Shown: positions 19,750 through 30,510 of the stretch, one piece after another
Layout of the letters: every line of letters starts with the position of its first letter
How positions within the stretch are numbered: the first letter of the stretch is position 1
DNA from: Candidatus Bathyarchaeota archaeon
GTDB taxonomy: Archaea > Thermoproteota > Bathyarchaeia > Bathyarchaeales > Bathycorpusculaceae
Assembly: GCA_963780185.1 (NCBI GenBank)
Contig: CAWABA010000006.1
Coordinates: 96,001-160,000 of the forward strand
Direction: 5' to 3'
DNA length: 64,000 bases
Program-made: the position numbers and the translations under genes
The notes under the pieces: model-generated
What the model was told of the DNA's origin: nothing
Database searches by the model: none
The model's input: the letters and a program-made list of their open reading frames with translations, nothing else

Positions 19750-22311
19750 ATGAAACACGCCGTCTTACCGCGCCGAACCCGAATTAACCCGTTTTGCAGA
19801 AAAACCCGAACATTCCTTTTTGCCTTGTTAGCAATCTCATTTCTGTTGTTTCCTTTGATCGGCCCCTACGCGTTTGCGGCGACGCCTGACTGGACGCAGG
19901 TTGTGGATTCAAGCCCCAACGTTGCCTGGTACTCTTCAATCGCGCTTGATTCCCAAGGGTACACGCATATCGCTTACTGCGACCTCGCAAACAAGCAGAT
20001 CAAATACGCCGCCCAGTCGTCCATGGGCTGGGACCTCAAAGTGGTGGACTCAATCGGGAACAACACAGGCTACTCTTCGCTGGCTCTGGATTCAAGCGGG
20101 AACCCCCACATCGCCTACTTCGACCAAAGCCACGGCGAATTGAAGTACGCCAGCTCAAGCGGCTTAGGCTGGACTATTCAAATAGTTGATCATCTTGTTC
20201 TCTGCAACTTCTGCTCCCTCAAGCTGGACCAAACAGGCAACCCACACATCGCCTACCAAGACTCCCAAAATTACCAACTAAAATACGCCAGCTGGACAGG
20301 CACCCAATGGAGCATCCAAACGGTTGATTCGCAGGGAGCCGTGGGTTTCTTCAGCTCTTTGGCGTTGGATCAAAGCGGCAACCCCAGAATAAGCTATTGC
20401 GCCGCGCAAGTCGGCAGCTCACCGTCAAGCAGCATCCTCAAGTTCGCCTCATGGAACGGCTCATGCTGGGACATGGAGACCGTTGATGCGAACCAAGGCG
20501 TTGGTCTATACGATTCCCTTATGCTGGATTCAAATGGGCACGCTTGCATCAGCTATTATGACGGATTGAACGGCTGCTTGAAGTATTCGCATCAAGCCAA
20601 CAACTCTTGGAATGTTCAAGTCGTCGATAATCAAGGAAACACAGGAAATGTCGGCTTAAACACATGCCTCGCATTGGACTCGCAGAACAACCCGCACATT
20701 GCGTATGGCGACCTGAAGAACAGGGATGTGAAATACGCCTATTTCAACGGCTCTTGCTGGCTTTCGCAGGCGGCTTGCCCGGGAGGAGAAATTGCCAGCG
20801 CTCCATCCCTTGCGTTGAGCCCTCAAGGTTACCCGAGGATAAGCTATTGTGGCGGGCAGGATAGGGAACTGAAGGATGCAGCTGTCGACGCAACATTGTT
20901 CCCGACTCCCGTGGCAATCACGTTTCTCAGTCTGCCAACGCAGATGCCTCAACCCAATGGAATATACGTTGTTGAATCTTCAGCAGCCAACTCAGGCGAA
21001 TGCTCCGCTATCGCCGTTGACGCAAACGACACACCTCACATAGCTTACATAGACATGTACGCACCATACGGACCCTCCAACATCATCCTGAGATACGCGA
21101 GTTGGACAGGAAAAGATTGGAGTCTCCAAACAGTTCAAAACGGAATCTACGGAGCCGTGCCCTCGGTTGCAATGGATTCGCAGGGAAGCCCTCACGTCGT
21201 CTACAGAAACCAATCGGGAACAATTGATTACTCTGTGGGGACGACTCAAAGCTGGAACATTGTGCCCGTCGTTTCGCCATCGTATCTTGCAAGCTTCAAC
21301 TCGCTTGTCCTCGACTCAAACGGCAACGTCAAAATGAGCTTAGCGGAAACAGCAAACGAGTCACTTCAATACGTCACCTATACGAATCAGGGCTGGACAA
21401 CGCAGACTGTTGACAACACCGGGACGCAAGTCGCATACAATTCACTTGCGTTGGATTCCCAAGGCAACCCGCAAATCGCCTACCTTGAAATGCAACCGAT
21501 CCAAGAGTTGAAATATGCTTGCTGGAATGGATCGGCATGGGTAATCAACGTTGTTGATGTCGGTTCAAAAACAGGTATGATTCCGTCAATCGGAATCGAC
21601 TCAACTGGAAAAGTGTACATAGTCTACTTCGGTCTTACTGTGGGGACCCAAAACGATTTCCTTAAATGCGCCACTTTGACGGCTTCGGGGTGGAACATAA
21701 CGACCGTTGATTCAGGAATAGGCGTCGGCTTAGGCAGCTCGATGGCCTTGGATAGCCACGGGTACCCTCACATAAGCTACTACAACGCAGGGGACGGCGA
21801 ATTGCGGTACGCATGGTGGAACGGCACGGCATGGAACATCAAAATCGCCGACAGTCAACTAGGCAGCAACCTGCAATACACTTCGATAAAGATGGATTCC
21901 AAAGACAACGCACACATAAGCTACTATGACAGCGTCAACAAGACCCTGAAATACGCCTATATAACAAACCCCAACTTGCTAAACTCCACGCAAAACTCGC
22001 AGCTCACGCCGTCTTCGACCCCATCGCCGACAGCCACACCTTCGCCCACACCCAGCGCCACAACCCAATCTACCAACCACACCTCTTCAGGTCAAGCTGT
22101 CTCTTCCTCAACTCTCTTAATGCCCTGGTATCCGTCGTCTAACGCGCAAGTTTTCCCAGCACCGTCAACAACGCCTCAGCACCCAACTCAACCCGCGAAA
22201 ACTATGAAGATAGCCGACGTCAATTCGTTAATTGAAGAGGTTATTGCGATACCGTCGGTCATAATGGTGACGCTATTCGCAGTGAAAAGAAAGTACTTCG
22301 AGAACGAGTAG
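19750..22311 (+). CDS. Cell-surface beta-propeller-like repeat protein with S/T/P linker and C-terminal TM anchor
   Basis: Signal peptide; many SLALDSxGNPHIAY...LKYAxWNGxxW repeats; PT-rich linker. Confidence 0.85.
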   Translation: MKHAVLPRRTRINPFCRKTRTFLFALLAISFLLFPLIGPYAFAATPDWTQVVDSSPNVAWYSSIALDSQGYTHIAYCDLANKQIKYAAQSSMGWDLKVVDSIGNNTGYSSLALDSSGNPHIAYFDQSHGELKYASSSGLGWTIQIVDHLVLCNFCSLKLDQTGNPHIAYQDSQNYQLKYASWTGTQWSIQTVDSQGAVGFFSSLALDQSGNPRISYCAAQVGSSPSSSILKFASWNGSCWDMETVDANQGVGLYDSLMLDSNGHACISYYDGLNGCLKYSHQANNSWNVQVVDNQGNTGNVGLNTCLALDSQNNPHIAYGDLKNRDVKYAYFNGSCWLSQAACPGGEIASAPSLALSPQGYPRISYCGGQDRELKDAAVDATLFPTPVAITFLSLPTQMPQPNGIYVVESSAANSGECSAIAVDANDTPHIAYIDMYAPYGPSNIILRYASWTGKDWSLQTVQNGIYGAVPSVAMDSQGSPHVVYRNQSGTIDYSVGTTQSWNIVPVVSPSYLASFNSLVLDSNGNVKMSLAETANESLQYVTYTNQGWTTQTVDNTGTQVAYNSLALDSQGNPQIAYLEMQPIQELKYACWNGSAWVINVVDVGSKTGMIPSIGIDSTGKVYIVYFGLTVGTQNDFLKCATLTASGWNITTVDSGIGVGLGSSMALDSHGYPHISYYNAGDGELRYAWWNGTAWNIKIADSQLGSNLQYTSIKMDSKDNAHISYYDSVNKTLKYAYITNPNLLNSTQNSQLTPSSTPSPTATPSPTPSATTQSTNHTSSGQAVSSSTLLMPWYPSSNAQVFPAPSTTPQHPTQPAKTMKIADVNSLIEEVIAIPSVIMVTLFAVKRKYFENE

Positions 22312-22351
22312 CGTGTTTCCCCGCTTTTTCAGATGCCCAAGATTGTGGGTT

Positions 22352-22522
22352 TTAGCAGTCGTTTTTTTCTGCTATTGCTTTGGCTAAGGTATAGGTTATG
22401 TAGCCTGAGAAGCTTGAGACGCCTTTGACTGCGTAGTCTTTTTTGTGTGCAGTCCAGTTGGCGTAGTAGTGGTCGTAGACTTCAGCTTTAATTGTAATGC
22501 ATTTGTAGCCTTGTCTTGGCGT
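22352..22522 (-). CDS. Small RHH-like DNA-binding protein (copy 1), probable ACG start
   Basis: TPRQGYKCITIKAEVYD...SFSGYITY; homologous to 61955-62143. Confidence 0.7.
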   Translation of the reverse strand, partial: TPRQGYKCITIKAEVYDHYYANWTAHKKDYAVKGVSSFSGYITYTLAKAIAEKNDC

Positions 22523-22678
22523 TTTGTTTCCCTCTTTGCCCTTTAGCGTTAACTGTGCGTACATTATTTAAGGTTATGTATGTTGAGATGGGAAAGCGAG
22601 GGGTTTTTGGACGGTTGGTTTTTCACGTAAAGCTAATTAACGACGTACTGTATTGTACGGTACCAAGCAAGGGCAAAC

Positions 22679-22864
22679 ATGAAAACCAAACCAAAACAAG
22701 CAAAAAACAAAAAAATTAAAATCAACACCGAAGTCTACGACAAAATAAAGCGACAAGCAGACAAAGCCGCCCAGTCAATCGACGAATACGCCGAAAAACT
22801 ACTCAGCAGCCACAAAGAAAACGGAGACGGGGCGAAAGAGAACAACGACGCTGATTCTTCTTGA
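22679..22864 (+). CDS. Ribbon-helix-helix (CopG-like) protein
   Basis: KKIKINTEVYDKIKRQA...SIDEYAEKLL pattern. Confidence 0.7.
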   Translation: MKTKPKQAKNKKIKINTEVYDKIKRQADKAAQSIDEYAEKLLSSHKENGDGAKENNDADSS

Positions 22865-23036
22865 TTTTAACTTTCGCGTCGCACTTGCCAGGTTTCTCTG
22901 CGACAACTGCGGCTCAATAATACTCGAAAAAATCGTTCCCGTAGAGGAATGCCGAGAGGCGTGCGAAAAAAAGATTTTGTGCCACAAATGCAGAAGCCTA
23001 ACCCAAAACTACTCAGGCACATCCGTTAACTCCTGA
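22851..23036 (+). CDS. Small zinc-ribbon protein (not in the ORF track; start uncertain, CTG or ACG)
   Basis: FLCDNCGS...ILCHKCRS; overlaps the stop of the upstream RHH gene. Confidence 0.55.
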   Translation: MILLDFNFRVALARFLCDNCGSIILEKIVPVEECREACEKKILCHKCRSLTQNYSGTSVNS

Positions 23037-23106
23037 ATAATCTTGGGATGGATCAAATTGAGTTTTCTTGCCGCTTCCTAAGGCAACTTGCTGGCGACTC
23101 ACGTTA

Positions 23107-23262
23107 TAAACCAGAAAAGCAACCCAAAACAAGCCCTCACCAGAAGCCTCCGACGGAGGGGAGGGGGGTCTAGGTATTTACATCAAAAATCAAATGTAAA
23201 TATGGGTCGGCAAAGACCAAGGGAGAGGTCTAGTATTTGTGGCAGAAAACCATCACAAAAAT
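23107..23262 (+). repeat. Dispersed repeat, copy A (two internal GGTCTA-hairpin units)
   Basis: Shares AAAAGCAACCCAAAACAAGCC, GAGGGGAGGGGG.TCTA, AAATATGGGT and GACCAAGGG with 52386-52513. Confidence 0.75.
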
Positions 23263-23445
23263 GGTAGGCATACCGCAGAGGGGCTGTGCCCGTGGAAATT
23301 TAGGCGTTGGGGGAAAAGGAGCCCAGCGTAAACGGGCATTTTTGCTTTGGAAAATGGGGGTATAATTTGGGGTTAATTTTGAAAAAGTTTAATAACTGTT
23401 TTATGGAGATGTTGGTTCGTTAGGAATCATCGTGTTGGGTGAGAG

Positions 23446-24435
23446 ATGTTGAAGAAATTTGTTGCAGCCTTAGTCCTTGTTATCTTGGTTATCGGCGCGT
23501 TTGCTGCTTTGTCAGCGCCACATGTGAGAGCGCAAACTACTCAAGCAACTCTTCTTAGCTACAGCTGGTACACTTCGCCCGCTACATCCCAAACTCTAGC
23601 AAAGTACTATGGCGATTTAGTCGCGGTAGGCGAAGTCCAAAATACTGGAACAACCGCTCTGCAGACGGTCTCAATCAGCGGCGACGCCTACAATTCAACT
23701 GGCGATGACGTCTGCTCATCCTGGACAACGCTCATAGGAGTCCCTGAACTGCTTCCAGGCCAAAAAGCACCCTTCTACATTGACTTTACTCCGGAGCAAA
23801 GCCTAACCTTAGACCAAGCATGGGTACCAACAGTCACCAACGTAACCCTTCACATGGGCGCCCAGATTGCTACAAATGCAACTCTGTACTCCGGTTTGAC
23901 AATTCCCGCGGGATCAGTCCATAATTTCCTCAATAGCGGCGTATACACAATCACGGGAACCGTTACAAACAGCGGCGCCCAAACAGTCGGCAATGTTTGG
24001 GTTTTTGTGACGTATTATAATTCTGCAGGCACCGTTATCGGTATGAACTGCACAGACTTCTTAGATACATCCGGCTCGCTTACTGCAGGCAACGCCGTAA
24101 CATTCACCGCTACACCCACAGACAACACAGCCAACCTGTCCAACCAAATAGCCAACTACTCACTGCTGGTTGAATACACGCCTTACTCGGCGCCTTCCGC
24201 CACTCCAACACCGAATAGTCAAACTACACCTACGCCTACGCCGACACCGACTTCCTCGTCACCTGCAAACAACTCGCCGGGTCAAGTAAACTCTCTATGG
24301 ATGTATGTTGCAGTCGCTGCCGTCGTGATTGTTGTAGCCGCCCTAATCGCCTTAACGATGCTTAGAAGCAACCGAAAACAAGGCAAGTTAGCGCCTCCAC
24401 CACCTCCGCCGCCGCCACCTCCGCCTCCACCATAA
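23446..24435 (+). CDS. FxLYD-like domain surface protein with TM anchor and poly-Pro tail
   Basis: Signal peptide, two G(E/T)VxNxG...YNSxG domains, PT linker, TM helix, 13 terminal prolines. Confidence 0.8.
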   Translation: MLKKFVAALVLVILVIGAFAALSAPHVRAQTTQATLLSYSWYTSPATSQTLAKYYGDLVAVGEVQNTGTTALQTVSISGDAYNSTGDDVCSSWTTLIGVPELLPGQKAPFYIDFTPEQSLTLDQAWVPTVTNVTLHMGAQIATNATLYSGLTIPAGSVHNFLNSGVYTITGTVTNSGAQTVGNVWVFVTYYNSAGTVIGMNCTDFLDTSGSLTAGNAVTFTATPTDNTANLSNQIANYSLLVEYTPYSAPSATPTPNSQTTPTPTPTPTSSSPANNSPGQVNSLWMYVAVAAVVIVVAALIALTMLRSNRKQGKLAPPPPPPPPPPPPP

Positions 24436-24501
24436 ACCTTCTTGTTTTTAAGAAAATAACTTTATCAAACACTTAATCGACGCAACGGGTTGGTTGCTGA
24501 T

Positions 24502-25689
24502 TCAACTCATTCTTGTGTGTATTTCCACGATGTCGCCGTCTTCTAAAACGAAGCCTAACCCAACCTTTTTCGGGCTGAAAGGCAAACGCTTCGCCCACAC
24601 CATCGCGAACATGAAGTTCTGCACAAACTCCTTATGAATGTTCTTCGCCAAGTCGTTGATCGTTGCGCCTGCCTTAAGAACAAACGGGTGACCCGTATCT
24701 TCCCTGGAGCCAGGCTCCTTAGTGTAAACCCGAACAACCTTCAAACTTTTGAGGAGCGCCTGCCCCAAATCGTTGATGCCTGTTTTTTCTTCGCATGACA
24801 TCGCAACAACCGGCAACCTGCCATTCACATACTGTTTTAAACGACGAAGATTCGCTGGTGCAACCTTCAAATCCAACTTGTTCGCCACAATCACCGCCGG
24901 CTTATACGTCGTGGTCTCAAAAATGGCGTCCTCTATATCGTCAAGCCGTACTTCACCGCTTATTCTCACTATGGCGTCGTTTAGTTTGTAGCTGCGAAGC
25001 AAATCTTCAACTTCTTGCATGCTGCAATCCAAAAGCTTGCCCACAAGAATAACCCTCAAAGCAGCCCCAGCGTGGCGACGGTCAATATCCACTTTTCCGC
25101 TGGGCTTGCTTACGAGTACGCGGCTTTTCTCCAGCTCAGCCAAAACCAGATCCAGCTGCTCAATTGGGTCTTGGGACAAGTCAACCATCAAAATCACGCC
25201 GTCGGCGTTCCGCGCTAAGCCAAGCGTCACATGACCTGCTGCACGCCCACCTGCGCTGCCCTCTATCACTGCGGGTGCTTCAACAATCTGGAACTGTACA
25301 TCCAAAAAATTCATGATGCCTGGCACTGGTTCATGGGTGCTGAAAGGCGTGGGGGTAACCACTACTTTGGAGTTTGTTGTGGCACTCATCAGGCAGCTCT
25401 TGCCCACGTTTGTCATGCCGATGAGTGCTATCTGCGCTGAACCTTCTTTTTCTACAAAAAGCTTCGGTCCGCCGCTGCTTTTGCCTGTGCCCATGCGTTT
25501 CTTCTTGTCCAAATCCGCGCGGATAAGGGAAATTTTGCGGTTCATTTCGCCGCGCAGTTTCATGGTGCCTTTGTGGTGTGGAACATACTTTAGGAACTCA
25601 ATCATAGCATCCATTTTTTCTTTAGGCGTATGAGCAGCTTCAACCAGCTCCCACTTATCCAACGCTTCAGGCGGCAAATTATTCGGCAT
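24502..25689 (-). CDS. DRG/Rbg family OBG GTPase with TGS domain
   Basis: HKGT N-terminal motif, GMTNVGKS, NKLD, RVYTKEPG and LEDGDIVEI; start taken at MPNNLPPE. Confidence 0.93.
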   Translation of the reverse strand: MPNNLPPEALDKWELVEAAHTPKEKMDAMIEFLKYVPHHKGTMKLRGEMNRKISLIRADLDKKKRMGTGKSSGGPKLFVEKEGSAQIALIGMTNVGKSCLMSATTNSKVVVTPTPFSTHEPVPGIMNFLDVQFQIVEAPAVIEGSAGGRAAGHVTLGLARNADGVILMVDLSQDPIEQLDLVLAELEKSRVLVSKPSGKVDIDRRHAGAALRVILVGKLLDCSMQEVEDLLRSYKLNDAIVRISGEVRLDDIEDAIFETTTYKPAVIVANKLDLKVAPANLRRLKQYVNGRLPVVAMSCEEKTGINDLGQALLKSLKVVRVYTKEPGSREDTGHPFVLKAGATINDLAKNIHKEFVQNFMFAMVWAKRLPFSPKKVGLGFVLEDGDIVEIHTRMS

Positions 25690-25826
25690 ACAAACTTCGC
25701 AGATACTATTCTGCAAGTCAACTTTAAGACTATTTCTCATACCAAGAATAAATCGTGAATAAAATTCTAATTGAATAACAAAAAATATAGCTGACTTCAA
25801 CCGTATTGGCTGTTTGAGTGCATAAT

Positions 25827-28800
25827 TTGATAGATTGGGCAAAGCTAACTACTAATGCAAAATAACAAATGGAGGAGCTTTGAGGAGTTTTGTTATCAAG
25901 GAGCTGAAAGGCTCTATGAAAAAAGTGGCATTCTCACTTCCATTGATGATAGCGGAGGCGGCGATGGTGTTGAGTTTTATTTAACGTTGCCAAATGGCGA
26001 CGAATGGGGTTGGCAGGCGAAGTTCTTTTATCCATATAAACGCCTAAAAGTTTTCAAGTAGAAAAGCACAAATTACAAAATCGCTTGAAACTTCTATAAA
26101 AAATCATCCAAAGTTAAAAAGATGGATTTTATGTACGCCCTAGAATTTAAGATCCGTCTGAGTAAAAATGGTTTAATCAGTTAAGTGAAATAATAAGGCA
26201 AGATCACCCAAATATTATTTTGGAGCATTGGGGTGATCGTAAATTCAATAGTTTTCTCAGCCGATCATTATTCTTGGGAATTAGGAACATGTTCTTTGGT
26301 GAGCTTGAGCTTGATATCAACTGGTTTAAGAATCAAGTTAATAATCAAATAAGGTCTGAGCCGTGGGGAATAAGTTCATACCTGATCTCCATGTCGAAAC
26401 CGACGCAGATTTTTACATTCGCAGCCTTTTAGAAGTCTAGCGCTACAAAGAAGAAATTAGTAAAACAAAACGAAAAGCTTGAGTCATTCATCAAAGACTT
26501 TCAAAAAGGAATCGATAATTTAAGGCAGTCAGATAAGCGGCTTGATTACACAGAAATTCGAACGAAATTGGTCGATTACTCGATCAAATAAATGGTTTTT
26601 TAAAAGTAAAGACTAAACGATTTAGTCAAGAATTTGATTAACCGTTCCTCTAGATCAACAAAGATTAGATTATGAAGCGAACTTGGACACAATCGAACAA
26701 GAACTGAAGCCCGTAACGGTAAATACCTGGAATTGCTCGAAAAATTCAAACCTGAAAACTTCATTTCTGCCAAGGAGCCCGATCGGGCATTTCTTATCAG
26801 GACTGCTACACGAGTAAGCAGTTATCCTGCTAACATAGCAGAAGAATTCGTTAAGTTAATTCACGAAATTGACTATAACCTTCAAAAATTAACGAAATCA
26901 TTCTTAAATATATTCGGAAAGGCCGGATTCGGAAAAACGCATCTAAGCCTGCCACGTTTGTCAAAGTCGTGTTGAAGGTGATTCGCCTGCTATTTTACTA
27001 ATGGGGAAACATTTTTCCGTAATTCACCCATAGAAACGCAAATATTGCAGATGCTAGATGTCCCTCCTGCTTATTCCTGAATGATTTCACGGAAACCCTT
27101 CAATCTTTTGCCAAAGTGCACAAAACCAAGGTGCCCATAATAATAGATGCGTTGGATGAAGCAAAATCGGTGGATATATTGGAGGAATGGTATACAAGGC
27201 TTCACGGATAAATTCGTGTCCATGGCCAACATAATCCTAATTACTACTTGTAGAAGAGAGCTTATCAACATGAAATCTGGCAATCAGACGATTTTATTAA
27301 TGATTTTTTCTTCATGTAGAGAGTTTCGATGACAATCTAACCGAGCAAGCTGTTGAAAAGTATTTTAAATTTTACAAAATTAAAAACGAGTTTACGGGAA
27401 ACTCTAAAGAACGCAGTTTGCTAACCCTTTATTTTTACGGATTTTTTGCGAAGGTCAGAACCACGATAGACTGATGGAAAAGCGCGTCTACATGGGGCAA
27501 CAGACATTGCTCCAAGTTTTCGAACAATATCTCGATCAGGTTAACAAGAGAGTCTGCTCTAAACTTTCAAAATATGGTGATATGCCAGATTGAAAACTCA
27601 CTCAAAAAGCTGGGACGCAGGCTGTGGGAGAGTAGACAAGCATACCTTTTTTTATTTTTAAGAGTGACCCAAATAGTTGACTCCAAAAACATAGAAGAAC
27701 TTGTTGCAACGCTCTTTAACTTATGCTTTAATAGACGAAGGTTTGCTAACTAAAGATTATACTGAAGAAAGAGACATAATTTCTTTTGCATACAACCTAA
27801 TGGGCGGATATATAATTGCAACTGAGCTATTATCTTCGTTATCAGCCGGATCAAATAGGCTGTTTTGTGATTTCAGCAGTTTGTAGAGAACTTGTTAAGC
27901 AACGATTTTTTCGAAACTACACCCATTGAATGAAGACATTCTTAAATGCACCGCTTGATTGACGCCTTCAATTTTCGGTAAGTACTTGCATGAGCTTTCA
28001 ACAAATGAAACGGCATTTAGTTCCTCTATTGAAGCTTTATTCGAAATTTCACCCTCTTTTGTGAATGATTCGGCTAAACGATTAATAACTAAGCTTTTTA
28101 CTAAAAAGGAAAATCGACTGCCGCTCTTACAACATGCAACTGAATACGATGCGTCAGATTGGTCATCCATTAAACATAGATTTTTGGATAAAAATTTTAA
28201 GATCCCTACCCATGGCTGAACGAGACTTATGCTGGACGAGAAAGCCTTAGGCAAAATTCGACAAAGTATCTAAAGGACCTTGTGAAATTTGAGGAAAGTT
28301 GTAAAGCTCCGACATTTCACTAATTGATGAGGAAATGCTACTATTACAGGCAAAGTATTACCAATGGCTGCTTACTTCAACGGTTAGGGATCTAAAAGAC
28401 ACCGGCCTACAAGGGGTCTTTATTGGTATGGCCGTCGTTTTCCAGAAACATTCTTCCAACTGAGCGACTAAGTTCCCTGAAATAAATGATCCTTATGTTC
28501 CTGAACGAATGCTTGCCGCATCTTACGGAATTTCAATGGCATGTCAAAATGACTTTGCAAATCCTAATTTTAGGCAAGAAATCTTGCCTAAACAAGCTCT
28601 CTGCATATATGCTCAAATGTTTGGAAAAAATGCGCTTTACGCAACAACTCATATCCTATCAAGGGATTATGCCAAACGCTTCATTCATATCCCCTAATTC
28701 ACCACCCTCATATTCTGAATACAAATGAAAAAACAAAAGTTACGCCTCCATTTAAGGAGGGCGGGATCAGACAATGGGGTGCATGTGATGAAAAAGATAA

Positions 28801-30204
28801 GGCTCAATACCATGATGGAAGCGCACCTATTCAGATGGATTTTGGTAACTATACGATAGGTAGTCTGGTACCTAAACGGGGCAATTATGATTACGATAAT
28901 CCTGAATACAAAAAGGTCTATGCTAATATCATTTGGAGATTATATGACTTAGGCTATGACCATAGTTTGTTTGAGGCTATCGATAGACAAATCGCTTGGT
29001 ATCATTCTATACCCCGAGATGATGGCGTTGGAAAGGTTGAACGATACGGTAAAAAGTACTCTTGGATCGCTTTCTTTGAGATCGCCGGTTATCGCCAAGA
29101 TAACCTTCAATTGCCTGAACAATGTATAGATGAAGGGCGGATTCCCGAAGCGGATATTGACCCTAGCTTTCCAGAGGCCCCACTGAATAACAAAATAGTT
29201 GAGATCGATTATTTGGGCGATAGATCCATCGACTTATCAAAATGGATTGAGAGCGGCGATGGTGCCGTTGATATTTCTCCATACATAGTACTTGAAAAAA
29301 TCAACGGTACAAAAGGTCCGTGGGTGCTGATAGATGGTGATATTAATCAAGAAGACCTTAACTGCAAAAGAGCTTGTTTTATTCTAATTCAAGGTTTTTT
29401 GGTCAAAAGAAAAGATGCCAAAAAAATTGTCTATTGTCTGAATGAGCAACCAGACTTTAGGCAGTCTTTACCCCAAAGATTCTCCACTCCTAGTGATCAT
29501 TACGCTTACGCTGGGGAAATCCCTTGGTGTGAAACTTTTCACTATAATGAATTTGAAACAATGAATTTTATCGTTGGAAGGACGAAAAACCGGTTAAGGT
29601 TACGAAAGTCGCCAGATTGCCCGATGGGTCCTTACTGTCCAAGGAACAGCTACTCAATCTATTGATCACTAAACTAGTAGACAAAAGTTCCGATGCAGCA
29701 ATTGATGATTTCTTAGTAACCAATAAAATTGAGTTGATTGATAAGACAGCTTACGAATTTCAGGAAGTCTGCAAAAAAGTCTCTGTTAGTTACCTCATAC
29801 CCATTAGGACTTATGCATGGGAAAGCTATCATAGCAGTATAAATAACGCGTGCTCAGCAGACGTACCTGCAAAACAACTAACTGACGCATTCAAGCTCAC
29901 TTCCCAACCCCAAACATTCAACTTGTTTGAAGCAAATGGCAAACTGGCTTCCATATCAATAAAATGGGGTGAACTGTATGGCAACCGGCATTACTTGACC
30001 TACCTACGCCAAGACCTGCTCGAAGCATATATGAACGAAAATAACATAGACTTAGTGTGGGCAATATGGGGTGAACGGCAATTTAAGACAGAGCCAATTG
30101 AAGCAGTGATGGAATATAGTAAAGAACATACGGGATACGCAATTTTCAGTGATTTTAAAATTTATACCCAGATGGTTGGCCTAAAGGCAGACCAAATAGC
30201 TTGA
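25827..30204 (+). pseudogene. Avs-like STAND NTPase antiviral gene with an N-terminal PD-(D/E)XK-type nuclease; heavily fragmented
   Basis: Ordered fragments: MIDWAKL/SFEEFCYQ/GDGVEFY/WGWQAKFF; Walker A GKAGFGKT; Walker B IIIDALDE; ERYGKKYSWIA; DIDPSF; WAIWGERQ; AT-rich relative to the flanks. Confidence 0.75.
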
Positions 30205-30267
30205 TTTAAATATTCTTTTTCGTTGTATCTTTCACCCTTCATTTAAAACAAAGATTCAGACGTTAAA

Positions 30268-30346
30268 AAAGACAACCCAAAACAACCGTACCTATGGACA
30301 GAGGTGTAGATGCCTAATTTTGTTGCAGAATTAATCACCAAAAATG
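30268..30346 (+). repeat. Dispersed repeat, degenerate copy C
   Basis: CAACCCAAAACAACCG...GACAGAGG...CTAATTTTGT.GCAGAA...ATCACCAAAAATG resembles copies A and B. Confidence 0.5.
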
Positions 30347-30510
30347 TTAACCTGACATGGCTTCAGGCGGCAGATAAGTAGACATGCGAACTTTGTAAAT
30401 AGTATCTTGTAAGCCAACTTAAAGACTATTTCCAGTCAAGCCCACCAAATTCAGGGAAACCGAAAAAAATACCTATCCTCATACAGTGGCGGCCAACCAG
30501 CCTGCCCTCA

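Noticed and set aside
19750-22311. DNA-level tandem repeat array
   Set aside because: The repeats are conserved at the protein level only, as expected for an ordinary propeller-repeat surface protein.
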